Shown piece after piece: positions 50,974-59,997 of a stretch of 62,668 bases of DNA. The position numbers were made by a program, and so were the translations under genes. The notes beneath the pieces were generated by a model. It worked only from the letters and a program-made list of their open reading frames with translations, had not been told where the DNA came from and did no database searches. This DNA is from a virus: positions 1 through 62,668 of the IMG/VR virus record IMGVR_UViG_3300036940_000176; one strand, 5' to 3'. Position 1 is the first letter of the stretch. Each line of letters starts with the position of its first letter.

Positions 50974-52446
50974 ATGGAAAAATTTCAAATACAAATAGAA
51001 CCTACTGAAAAGCAAAAACAATTACTACAAAGCGTTCTTTTATACACAAGAACGTTTTATGGTGGTTCTGCTGGTGGTGGTAAAAGTTATGGAGCAATGT
51101 GGGTAGCAGGTATATTATTAGATTTATTTCCAGGTGTTGTTATAAGAGCAATACGTGAAACATTTTCTGCTGTTGAACAAAACTTAGTTGCTAAATTTCT
51201 TGAAATATATCCTGAAAAAACAAAATCAGGAGAACGTATTTATCAGTATAATAAAGGTGACAACATTATAACTTGGCACAATGGCTCTAAATTGATTTTT
51301 GATTATTCACAGAGTTTAAGAGATGCAATGTCTAAACAAGGTTTAGAACAAGATATTTTAATGATTGATGAGGTTGTAAGTCATCAAGTAGATGAAATAA
51401 AGTATTTAATAAATCGTACACGTTCAAATATACCTGAAATTGGTGGTTTTGGTAAAATTATTTTTACTGGAAACCCAATTGGACCATCTTTAAATTATGT
51501 AAGAAAAGAGTTTGTTGAAAGTACTGAATATGGTAAATATTATGCGCTTAAAAAAGTTCGTTCAAGAGTTGACCCATCTATAGTTTATGAAATTAAACTT
51601 GCGTTTATTGAAGCAAAATTAATACATAATAAATATTTGATGGAAACTGGTTACGAAGCAAATATACTTGAATTATCTGAAAACCTACAAAAAGTTTATC
51701 TTGATGGAGATTGGTATGTATCACTTGGTGCGCATTTTGATTTTGAAGAAAAATATCATACGTACAAAAAAGGTGAAGTTGAAATCAAAGATGAATGGCG
51801 CAAAGCAATTTCTATGGACTGGGGTATTAATGATAAATGTTCTATTCATTGGTATGCTATTGATGAAGATGGTGTAAGATATGTTTATAGAGAATATTAT
51901 CAAAACAATAAACATATAGAAGATGTTGGAGCAGAAATTCTTGCTTTAACAGAAGAAGAAATAGAATATATGATTTTACCTCATGACCTTTATAGAAAAC
52001 AAGTCACTGCAATTAGAAATGAAGACGGTATTGTTGTCGGAGATACACCTGCTGAAGTTTTAGAAGGCATTGTTCCATTTACAACAATAAGAGCAGATAG
52101 TTCAAAAGGTAGTAGAAAACGTGGTTGGAGAGCATGTCATAGAATGTTATATTTAGAAAGAGATGATGACGGATACAAAAAAACACGTATAAGAATTAGT
52201 GAAGAATGTCCTAATTTAATTTCACAATTGAAAACAATTGAAAGTAAAATTGAAGACCCAGAAGAAATAAAAGACAATCAAGAAGACCACGCTGTTGATG
52301 ATTTTAGATATTATTGTGACACCTCTTTCACCAATGAACACACGCCACCTAAAGAGCCAAAAGATATTCCTGGAACTCCTGGATATTGGAAAGAAAAACT
52401 TTTTAAAAAAAAATTAAATAAACATAAACCAGAATTGTATTATTAA
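50974..52446 (+). CDS. terL: Terminase large subunit
   Basis: Walker A GGSAGGGKS and Walker B ILMIDEV. C-terminal RNaseH-like nuclease acidic residues (MDWG..D; DHAVDDFRY). Confidence 0.85.
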   Translation: MEKFQIQIEPTEKQKQLLQSVLLYTRTFYGGSAGGGKSYGAMWVAGILLDLFPGVVIRAIRETFSAVEQNLVAKFLEIYPEKTKSGERIYQYNKGDNIITWHNGSKLIFDYSQSLRDAMSKQGLEQDILMIDEVVSHQVDEIKYLINRTRSNIPEIGGFGKIIFTGNPIGPSLNYVRKEFVESTEYGKYYALKKVRSRVDPSIVYEIKLAFIEAKLIHNKYLMETGYEANILELSENLQKVYLDGDWYVSLGAHFDFEEKYHTYKKGEVEIKDEWRKAISMDWGINDKCSIHWYAIDEDGVRYVYREYYQNNKHIEDVGAEILALTEEEIEYMILPHDLYRKQVTAIRNEDGIVVGDTPAEVLEGIVPFTTIRADSSKGSRKRGWRACHRMLYLERDDDGYKKTRIRISEECPNLISQLKTIESKIEDPEEIKDNQEDHAVDDFRYYCDTSFTNEHTPPKEPKDIPGTPGYWKEKLFKKKLNKHKPELYY

Positions 52447-52462
52447 ATGAAAGGAGAAAAAA

Positions 52463-52807
52463 ATGAAAAAAATATTTTTAATGTTGATTTTGATTTTATT
52501 CTTTTTAACATCCTGTTCCGAAAAACCTTATGATACTTGTTCAAACGAATGGGATAGTCATATGGAAGAAAAAGCATTATTGGTTGTTAGTTATACTACT
52601 TATTGGCTTGATTTTGAAGAAGGTAGTGTTCAGGTTGCTAAAAAAATTTATGAAAACGCATTAAATGGAGATTATAGCGAAGTTTGTATTACTGTATACC
52701 CTGATGATTTACCAACATTTAAAGGTGCTATTTTATTAGATGGTACACCGTTAGACCAAAATATTGTAGAAGAGTTACAAGAACAAATAAAAACAGATGA
52801 AGAATAG
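52463..52807 (+). CDS. Lipoprotein (114 aa)
   Basis: Signal peptide with lipobox FLTSC. Confidence 0.6.
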   Translation: MKKIFLMLILILFFLTSCSEKPYDTCSNEWDSHMEEKALLVVSYTTYWLDFEEGSVQVAKKIYENALNGDYSEVCITVYPDDLPTFKGAILLDGTPLDQNIVEELQEQIKTDEE

Positions 52808-52815
52808 GAGAAAAT

Positions 52816-53250
52816 ATGGGAAAATATACTATAACTAAAACAGAAAGACCTGGATATTGTGAATTAAGTGGAAATGAAAGAAAAAAAGCCAATCTTGTTA
52901 TTAAAAATAAAAACTCAAGATTTGGCATTGGTTCATTTTTTGTTAACGATGAAACTTTTTATGATGCAATTAAAAACGCAGACAAAGATATTCAAGAAAA
53001 AATATTATCTATTTTAAATCCTATAAATGATACAAAAGTGGATAAAGTTATAAATAAAAAAATTGTTTTATCTGAAAAAGAAAAAGAACTTTTGAATTAT
53101 GATTTGCGTAAAATTAAAGATGATGAAAAGAAAGAAAGATTTTTAACTGCACTAACTAAACTTGCTGATAAGTATAAAATAGATTATAATAGCATTAAAG
53201 AGGACGATTATAAAAAACTTAGAGATTTATTAATTGAAAAATTAGTATGA
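52816..53250 (+). CDS. Hypothetical protein (144 aa)
   Basis: Track ORF. Confidence 0.5.
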   Translation: MGKYTITKTERPGYCELSGNERKKANLVIKNKNSRFGIGSFFVNDETFYDAIKNADKDIQEKILSILNPINDTKVDKVINKKIVLSEKEKELLNYDLRKIKDDEKKERFLTALTKLADKYKIDYNSIKEDDYKKLRDLLIEKLV

Positions 53251-53262
53251 TAGGAGATTAGA

Positions 53263-53613
53263 ATGAATATTGAATTAATTGGATTTATTATTTTATTTGT
53301 ATTGTTTTTAGTTTATATTATTTTTACTGAAATTAGAATTATAAAAATTGACAAAGACCACAGAAAAGAACGGTCGTATTTATTAAAGTCTGTTTTAGAT
53401 GAAGCAGATATTAGAAAACAAAGAGAAGAAATGGATAAAGACAGAAATGCTTATTTAAAATTAGAACGTGACAAAATGATGATAAGTGGAGATATGAAAG
53501 AACTTAAACCGAAAGAATTTTATGAAGATGAATATATTGAAGACAACATGGTCGGAGATTACGAAAAAGCAGTTCAACAAACGAATGAGGCTATTAAGAA
53601 AAGTCAAAAATAA
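53263..53613 (+). CDS. N-terminally anchored coiled-coil protein (116 aa)
   Basis: TM segment LIGFIILFVLFLVYIIF. Confidence 0.5.
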   Translation: MNIELIGFIILFVLFLVYIIFTEIRIIKIDKDHRKERSYLLKSVLDEADIRKQREEMDKDRNAYLKLERDKMMISGDMKELKPKEFYEDEYIEDNMVGDYEKAVQQTNEAIKKSQK

Positions 53614-53634
53614 TAACGTTAGGAGTTGTTAAAT

Positions 53635-55650
53635 ATGCCAAATTTTGATTTTGGAAAAAAGTTAGATAAATCAATTACTGAAGAAAATCAAATTGTAGGT
53701 GCTATAAAAGAATTATATGATAGCAACATAAATCAATTAAGACCACTTTATCAAAGTTTGTTATTAAACATGTCTTATATATCAGGAGACCAATATAAAT
53801 TTATTGACCCTGATACAAAAAAACTTAAAGATTTTTATAGAATAGGTGGTTACGAAGAAAGAGAAGTTTATAACTTAATGCGTAATATGAAAACAACATT
53901 TAAAGCACGCATTACTCAAAAAAAACCATATCCTTTTGCAACTCCTATTACGACAAAAGAAAAAGATAAACGAATAGCCAGTATAACAAACGCTGTAATT
54001 GATGATGAATGGGAAAAACAAAACATAGAAGACAAGATAGATATAATTGGTGAATATCTTGCAACCTTTGGTTCTGCTTTTTTAAAAGTTATTTGGAACA
54101 ACGAACTTGGTGACAGGATTTTTCCTGACATAGAAAATATTATTAATCAAGTAGAAAATACAAATTATTTAAATCCAGATATGAAAGAAACGTTATTAAA
54201 TAATTTATATCGAAAAAAAGATATTTATGAAGGTGATGTTCAAGTTGATGTTTTAACACCTTTTGAATTTCAAGTTGATAGTATTTCAAGAAGAAACTTA
54301 GAAGAAGCACAGTACTGTATTCATTCAAGAATTTATCATAAAGATGTATTAAAACTTTTATATAACCTTAAAGATGATGATTTACCTGATGAAGAAATAA
54401 ATGCTGTGACAATGCAAGAAGGTAGTGTTTCAAATGGTTTGGGATATGTTTATAATAATAACGGTTTTTCAACATCAAGATTAAAAGACCATAATATTTT
54501 ACACGAATATTATGAAAGACCAAGTTTAGAATATCCGAACGGAAGGCTAATTATAAGTGTTGGTAAAAAAATAGTTTATTATAAAGAAAAAATTCCTTAC
54601 AACGTTGGAAGAGATAATAAACCAGATTTTCCATTTATTAGAATTGTTGCAAGTGAAGAAATTGGAAACTTTTATGGGGCAACTCCAATATCAGATTTAA
54701 GACCTATTCAAAGAAAATATAATAGTGTTCAAAATAGAAAAATGGAAGCATTGTCTAGAATTGCAATTGGTCAATGGAAAGTTGCTGAAGGAAGTTTAAG
54801 TCAGTCAACAGAACTTAACAATACGCCTGGTAATATTATTGGTTACAGAAATGGAAGAAAACCTCCAGAAAAAGTTGTTGACCAAACAAATTTAACAGAA
54901 TTTAGAAATGAAATTGAAAGTTTAAATAGTCTATTTGTTAAAGTTCCAGGTTTTTCTGCATATGACGTTACACAAATTAATAGTGCAGTGAGAAGCGCTA
55001 CACAAATGTCTATGCTTATGGAACAAGAGGATTTAAGAATGATAACTCCTGTTTTGCAAATCGCAAGAGGAATTAAATATTGGGCCAAATTCACAATTAG
55101 ACTTTTACAACAATATACAGTTGGTCAGCGTTTTGTCAAATATCAAGAAAAATATGATAATGACTTGGGTTGGAACAAAGATTTAATTAATGACAATATT
55201 CATATTAAAAATAAAAATGCATTAGTTAAGTCTCCAGCACAACAACAACAAATGTTGATGGATTTAATGGGTATGGGAATATTTGACGAACAAAATAGAT
55301 ATGGATACGACAATACTATGTTAGCATTAGAAAGTTTTGGAATGGGTAGTTTTAAAGCGGATGTAAATATACCACACAAAAAGGATATTGAAAAAGCAAA
55401 GAGAGAAAACAAAAGAGCGGTCAGACAAATGTTAATTGATGTAGACAAAGTTGTAGACAATCATATGGTACATATTAAGGAACATTCTGATTTCTTAAAA
55501 TCTGAAGAATACGAAGAAATTATGATTGGTCTAGACCCACAAATTGCAATTGAAGTAGATAAAATGTTGCATGACCACATTGAAAAACATCAAATGATTT
55601 TACAAATTAAAGCAACAAATATCGCTTTAGCGCAACAAAGAGCAAGATAA
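53635..55650 (+). CDS. Portal protein (671 aa)
   Basis: Size and position between terminase and scaffold/capsid. ATG 53635 is 9 nt after GGAG. Confidence 0.65.
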   Translation: MPNFDFGKKLDKSITEENQIVGAIKELYDSNINQLRPLYQSLLLNMSYISGDQYKFIDPDTKKLKDFYRIGGYEEREVYNLMRNMKTTFKARITQKKPYPFATPITTKEKDKRIASITNAVIDDEWEKQNIEDKIDIIGEYLATFGSAFLKVIWNNELGDRIFPDIENIINQVENTNYLNPDMKETLLNNLYRKKDIYEGDVQVDVLTPFEFQVDSISRRNLEEAQYCIHSRIYHKDVLKLLYNLKDDDLPDEEINAVTMQEGSVSNGLGYVYNNNGFSTSRLKDHNILHEYYERPSLEYPNGRLIISVGKKIVYYKEKIPYNVGRDNKPDFPFIRIVASEEIGNFYGATPISDLRPIQRKYNSVQNRKMEALSRIAIGQWKVAEGSLSQSTELNNTPGNIIGYRNGRKPPEKVVDQTNLTEFRNEIESLNSLFVKVPGFSAYDVTQINSAVRSATQMSMLMEQEDLRMITPVLQIARGIKYWAKFTIRLLQQYTVGQRFVKYQEKYDNDLGWNKDLINDNIHIKNKNALVKSPAQQQQMLMDLMGMGIFDEQNRYGYDNTMLALESFGMGSFKADVNIPHKKDIEKAKRENKRAVRQMLIDVDKVVDNHMVHIKEHSDFLKSEEYEEIMIGLDPQIAIEVDKMLHDHIEKHQMILQIKATNIALAQQRAR

Positions 55651-55677
55651 GTCAATTACAAAGATTAAAAAAACATT

Positions 55678-55706
55678 TTGACAACAATTACTATTAGTTA
55701 TATAAT
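55678..55706 (+). promoter_or_regulatory. Consensus promoter upstream of scaffold/capsid genes
   Basis: TTGACA (55678-55683), a 17-nt spacer, then TATAAT (55701-55706). Confidence 0.7.
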
Positions 55707-55787
55707 AAAACTATAAAAGAATAACCTTTTGATGGAGCAGTTTACTGTAACCCTGATAAAGAGTTCTAAAAAAGGAGAAATTAAAAA

Positions 55788-56552
55788 ATGAATTATTTCG
55801 ATTTATTAAACACCGTTTATTACTCGCCTGGTGATGATGCTGGTACAACTGGTGATGCTGATACTGGTCAAGGTGGAGACGTTGGAGCAGATGAACAAGA
55901 AACTGTAACCCAAAGTTTCAAAATAGGCAACCTCGAAGTTGACCCAACAACAAAAGAAGGTCAACAAAAAATTCTTGAAGCGTATGGAAATCTTCAAAAA
56001 GCACATACAAAATCAACTCAAGAATTGAGTAAAATTAAAAAAACTCAACCGAAAAAAACTGAAACAGACAACAAGAGTAACACTGACAAAATTGATGAAA
56101 GATTTAATTACATCTATGAAAAGCAAATTAATCAAGATTTAAAAGAAATGAAATCTAATGCTATTGAAGATTTTAAATCTCAATACCCAGAAGATATTGT
56201 TAAAAAAGCAGAAGGAATTTTGAAAAAAGATTTAGATAGTTTGGATAAATTAGATGTAACAAAAAAAGAACATTTAATCAAAAGCCAAAACCTTTCTTTC
56301 TTATTCAATAAGGCTATTGCTGAAAGTATGAAGAAATCTAATAATACAAAAAATGACCCTAAAAAAGATATTAATAATTTTAAACCCCAAGAAGACCTTC
56401 CACCTAATCCAGGAAAAAGTGACGGAAACAACATTCCTGGAGAAGAAAATCCTGCTGATTTATACAAAAATGATGACAGTTTTAAAAGGGCTGGAGAAAT
56501 GGCTAAGAAAGCAAGACGACTTCGTTCAGGAGAAGGTGTAAGAAACCAATAA
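55788..56552 (+). CDS. Scaffolding protein candidate (254 aa)
   Basis: Acidic N-terminus, helical/charged body and basic C-terminus. Directly upstream of the capsid gene. Confidence 0.55.
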   Translation: MNYFDLLNTVYYSPGDDAGTTGDADTGQGGDVGADEQETVTQSFKIGNLEVDPTTKEGQQKILEAYGNLQKAHTKSTQELSKIKKTQPKKTETDNKSNTDKIDERFNYIYEKQINQDLKEMKSNAIEDFKSQYPEDIVKKAEGILKKDLDSLDKLDVTKKEHLIKSQNLSFLFNKAIAESMKKSNNTKNDPKKDINNFKPQEDLPPNPGKSDGNNIPGEENPADLYKNDDSFKRAGEMAKKARRLRSGEGVRNQ

Positions 56553-56569
56553 AATAAGGAGTGAATTAA

Positions 56570-57820
56570 ATGCCAAATACAGGTGCAAGATTTAATGCTA
56601 CTGAAATTCAAAATAGTTTATTTGAATTTTATTTACCAAGTTTTAGACAAAATATTAAAGACCCTGACAAACACTATTTCATGAACCAAATGGAGCAAAA
56701 CAATTACCAATCAATGAGTGGTAAATATGCTGTTTACGGATTGAAAAAAGGTGTTCAAGGTGGTGCAGGTTCAATTAGCGATATTGCTGATTACAAAAAT
56801 CCATCTACTGCTGGTGTTGCTCAACAAAAAGTATACACACGCAACTTGACAGCATCTTGTTTAATTGATTTAAAAACAATTGCTCAAGGTGATAATCGTG
56901 GTGCATTTGAAGATTTATTAAGTTCTGAAATGGCGGATATGCTAATCAGTGCTAAAAACGATAAAGCACGTCAAATGTTTACATCACAAACTGGTGTAAT
57001 TACAACAGTTGCTACTGCTTTAACAGATGAAGATTTCACTGCATCAGGTGGAGTAGATGTGGTTGTTGATAATGTTCAACGTTTCTCAATTGGTATGAGA
57101 GTTGATATTTTAGATGTATCTGGTAGTTATGCAGTTTTAGCAGATGAATTAGAAGTTGTTAATATTGATAAAACAAATAAGAAAATATACCTTCAATCAA
57201 CTGATTATACTGCCAAAACAGTTACTTTAATCAGTGTTGCTGAAGATGATGTAATTGTCAATGCCGATGCTTACAATGTTGAAATTAGCGGTTTAGAAGA
57301 TGCTTTAACTACTGGAAATACTTATCATGGTATTAATAGAACAACAAATCATTGGTACAATCCTCAAGTAAATTCTATTTCTACTTATTTATCTGAACAA
57401 CATCTTCGCGAAGCAAAAGATGAAGTTGATATTAACGGTATGGGTATTGTAAATCTTGTTGTCGCAAGACACCAAGTTGTTCGTGGTTATGAAAGTGAAT
57501 TAACTGCTCTTAAACGTTTTGGAGAAGTAGGAAACTCTAAAACTATTGCTGGTGGTTATAAAGCGTTATTACATGATGAAGACCCATTTGTTAAAGATTA
57601 TTATTCAACAGCATCAGTTGTTTACGGAATTAATAAACCTACTTGGGATAAACTTGTTTCAAAAGAATGGGATTTCGATGATTTTGATGGAAACTTATTT
57701 AAACAAACAAGCGGACCTCGTTACAAACTTAATATGATTGAGTTTAGTAATATCACTACTCACAATCCAAGAAGTAACTTCATTATTAGTGGAGTAACAG
57801 AAGGATGGAACGCATCTTAA
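56570..57820 (+). CDS. Major capsid protein (HK97-fold type, 416 aa)
   Basis: Position after portal/scaffold and size. Followed by the strongest plus-strand terminator. Confidence 0.7.
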   Translation: MPNTGARFNATEIQNSLFEFYLPSFRQNIKDPDKHYFMNQMEQNNYQSMSGKYAVYGLKKGVQGGAGSISDIADYKNPSTAGVAQQKVYTRNLTASCLIDLKTIAQGDNRGAFEDLLSSEMADMLISAKNDKARQMFTSQTGVITTVATALTDEDFTASGGVDVVVDNVQRFSIGMRVDILDVSGSYAVLADELEVVNIDKTNKKIYLQSTDYTAKTVTLISVAEDDVIVNADAYNVEISGLEDALTTGNTYHGINRTTNHWYNPQVNSISTYLSEQHLREAKDEVDINGMGIVNLVVARHQVVRGYESELTALKRFGEVGNSKTIAGGYKALLHDEDPFVKDYYSTASVVYGINKPTWDKLVSKEWDFDDFDGNLFKQTSGPRYKLNMIEFSNITTHNPRSNFIISGVTEGWNAS

Positions 57821-57834
57821 TAATTAATAATTAA

Positions 57835-57861
57835 ACCGACTATTTTTTAGTCGGTTTTTTT
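57835..57861 (+). terminator. Intrinsic terminator after the capsid gene
   Basis: ACCGACTA-ttttt-TAGTCGGT stem followed by T6. Confidence 0.8.
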
Positions 57862-57865
57862 GTTG

Positions 57866-57894
57866 TTGAAATAAACTATTAATTATTATATAAT
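57866..57894 (+). promoter_or_regulatory. Near-consensus promoter
   Basis: TTGAAA (57866-57871), a 17-nt spacer, then TATAAT (57889-57894). Confidence 0.6.
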
Positions 57895-57930
57895 TAAAAT
57901 ATAAGAGCATATAATAAGAAGGTGGTTTAT

Positions 57931-58188
57931 TTGAGTTATAAAAAAGAAGATATATTATATCATTTAGAAAAAATATCTGTTGACCCAAGTCATATTAACG
58001 ATATACAAGATATGGAAATGTTTAATTTAATATCTACTTCATTAGAAAATGGAGAGTTAGCAGATGTTCAAAAAAAAGAAAATACCAAACAAAAAAATGC
58101 TATGGCCCAAACAAAATATCAAGAACATTTTAAACAATTTGATGATAATACAAAAGTGCATAACAACCAATATAAAAATAAAAGGTAG
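57931..58188 (+). CDS. Hypothetical protein (85 aa, probable TTG start)
   Basis: Track ORF 57922-58188. TTG 57931 lies 5 nt after GAAGGTGG. Confidence 0.45.
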   Translation: MSYKKEDILYHLEKISVDPSHINDIQDMEMFNLISTSLENGELADVQKKENTKQKNAMAQTKYQEHFKQFDDNTKVHNNQYKNKR

Positions 58189-58196
58189 GTGAAATT

Positions 58197-59246
58197 ATGA
58201 TAAGAAATGATGAACTAGCAAGATTTGATGATGGTGACATAACACCTAACGAAGGCGACACAAGAGAAAGTGATGGATATATTTATTATAACGGAGAATG
58301 GATACCACCACAAGAATATCAAGATATAATGTCAAGAACTGATACAGAAGAAGGTAGACCTGATTGGGTTGAAAGTTTAATTGCTGGTGGTGGATTAAGT
58401 GGAACTCAAACAACACCAGGAGAAACTATAACCATTGAAGAATTTAAAAATATGATTGGTAATATGACAACTGAAAGAGGCGCAACTTTATCTCAAAAAG
58501 AAGTTATGAAATTGTTTGAAGAAAATTTTAATGTAGATTTAAATGAAATGATTGAAGTACCAGATAGTTCATCTATGTACGGTTATAGAGAAACTTATGC
58601 AAATCAAGATTTAAGAAAAGAATTTTCAGAAATATGGCAAGATTATTATTCAACAACTGAACCTTTGGTTGAAAGTGAACAGTTACTTACAGAAGAAGAT
58701 TACGAAAAGCAACAAGAAGAACAAGAATTACAAGAAGATTATAGTAAAAATTTATCTGAATATGGACTTGAAAGTTTTAAAGATGATACAACCGATACAA
58801 CTGATACAACTGATACAACTGTGACCGAAAGTGAAAGCATTTTTGAATTAGATGAAGGATATGCTAAAGAACAAGCGGAAATGTATACAACATTACGTGA
58901 ACAAGATATATTAAATCAAATATTACAAGGTCAAAAAGGTGCTGTTGTTGGTCAACTTGGATTAGAAGAAATGCAAGACAAATATGGCATAAGTGGCGGA
59001 TTAGCATTGTCTCAAGAAATGCAAAGACAAGCGCAAGTTTCATCTCAACTTCAACCTTTGCAATCAGAACTTTCTGGATTGCCTTACGAACAACAATTGT
59101 TGGAAGATGAAATTAAATCTACACAAGCCCAAAGACAAAGTAATGCGCAATTAAGTAATTTAGAATTACAAAAAATGCAACTTGAAATTCAAGGGTTATT
59201 AGACCAACAAGCATATATGGATTTGCTTACTGGTGGAGATGAATAA
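58197..59246 (+). CDS. Acidic, Q-rich virion-module protein (349 aa) with a TTDTTDTTDTT repeat
   Basis: Track ORF. 9-nt repeat at about 58789-58815. Confidence 0.5.
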   Translation: MIRNDELARFDDGDITPNEGDTRESDGYIYYNGEWIPPQEYQDIMSRTDTEEGRPDWVESLIAGGGLSGTQTTPGETITIEEFKNMIGNMTTERGATLSQKEVMKLFEENFNVDLNEMIEVPDSSSMYGYRETYANQDLRKEFSEIWQDYYSTTEPLVESEQLLTEEDYEKQQEEQELQEDYSKNLSEYGLESFKDDTTDTTDTTDTTVTESESIFELDEGYAKEQAEMYTTLREQDILNQILQGQKGAVVGQLGLEEMQDKYGISGGLALSQEMQRQAQVSSQLQPLQSELSGLPYEQQLLEDEIKSTQAQRQSNAQLSNLELQKMQLEIQGLLDQQAYMDLLTGGDE

Positions 59247-59248
59247 TA

Positions 59249-59989
59249 ATGAACATTTGTACTGGTAAAATTAATGGAGTCAAATGTAAATATTTTGATG
59301 AAGAATTTAAACAATGTGACAATTCAAATCGTTCACACAAAATTGCAAAAGATTTAAAATCTTGTAAATATTACAAACAATCAAATGGCGTTAAAGTTAA
59401 TGAAACACTAGAAATTGTACCATCCATAACTGATGATTTAATAAAAAGTATTAACGAAGATAGTGCGCAAGTTGAAACATTTCAAAACTTTTTATCATTA
59501 AAACAAGACGAACAAAAATTTGTATTTTATGTAATGGTTCACAATTTAGACCCACAAGATGCTGTTAAAAAAGTTTTTGAAATTGAAGATGATAAAGAGG
59601 AAATAAAAACAAGAAATAAAAAGTATTATTTACTTAATAAACCACAAGTAGTTAAAGCAATGAAAGAATTTGCTAATACAGTATTTCAAGATGTTTTAGA
59701 AATTCAAGGTCTTAAAATTGCAAAAAAATTAACAGAAGCAAGTGATGTTGCAGTTGGTAATATGATACAAGATTACATAGATAAAAAAACCGATGCAGAT
59801 GGTAATCCAATTGTAAGACACAGTGATATTTTAATGGCAAATAAAATTCACGCAGATACACAAGCAAAATATAAAAAACAATTAGATTTATCATCAAGTG
59901 GTGGTGTTATTACATTTGGTAATGGCCAGCAATTAATGGATATAATTGGAGAATTAAAAGAATTACCTGCTAAAGAAGTAGGAGAATAG
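59249..59989 (+). CDS. Terminase small subunit-like protein with an N-terminal Cys cluster (246 aa)
   Basis: LKQDEQKFVFYVMVHNLDPQDAVKKVF...LLNKPQVVKAMKEF resembles the TerS HTH region. Separated from terL. Confidence 0.4.
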   Translation: MNICTGKINGVKCKYFDEEFKQCDNSNRSHKIAKDLKSCKYYKQSNGVKVNETLEIVPSITDDLIKSINEDSAQVETFQNFLSLKQDEQKFVFYVMVHNLDPQDAVKKVFEIEDDKEEIKTRNKKYYLLNKPQVVKAMKEFANTVFQDVLEIQGLKIAKKLTEASDVAVGNMIQDYIDKKTDADGNPIVRHSDILMANKIHADTQAKYKKQLDLSSSGGVITFGNGQQLMDIIGELKELPAKEVGE

Positions 59990-59997
59990 GTGATAAT

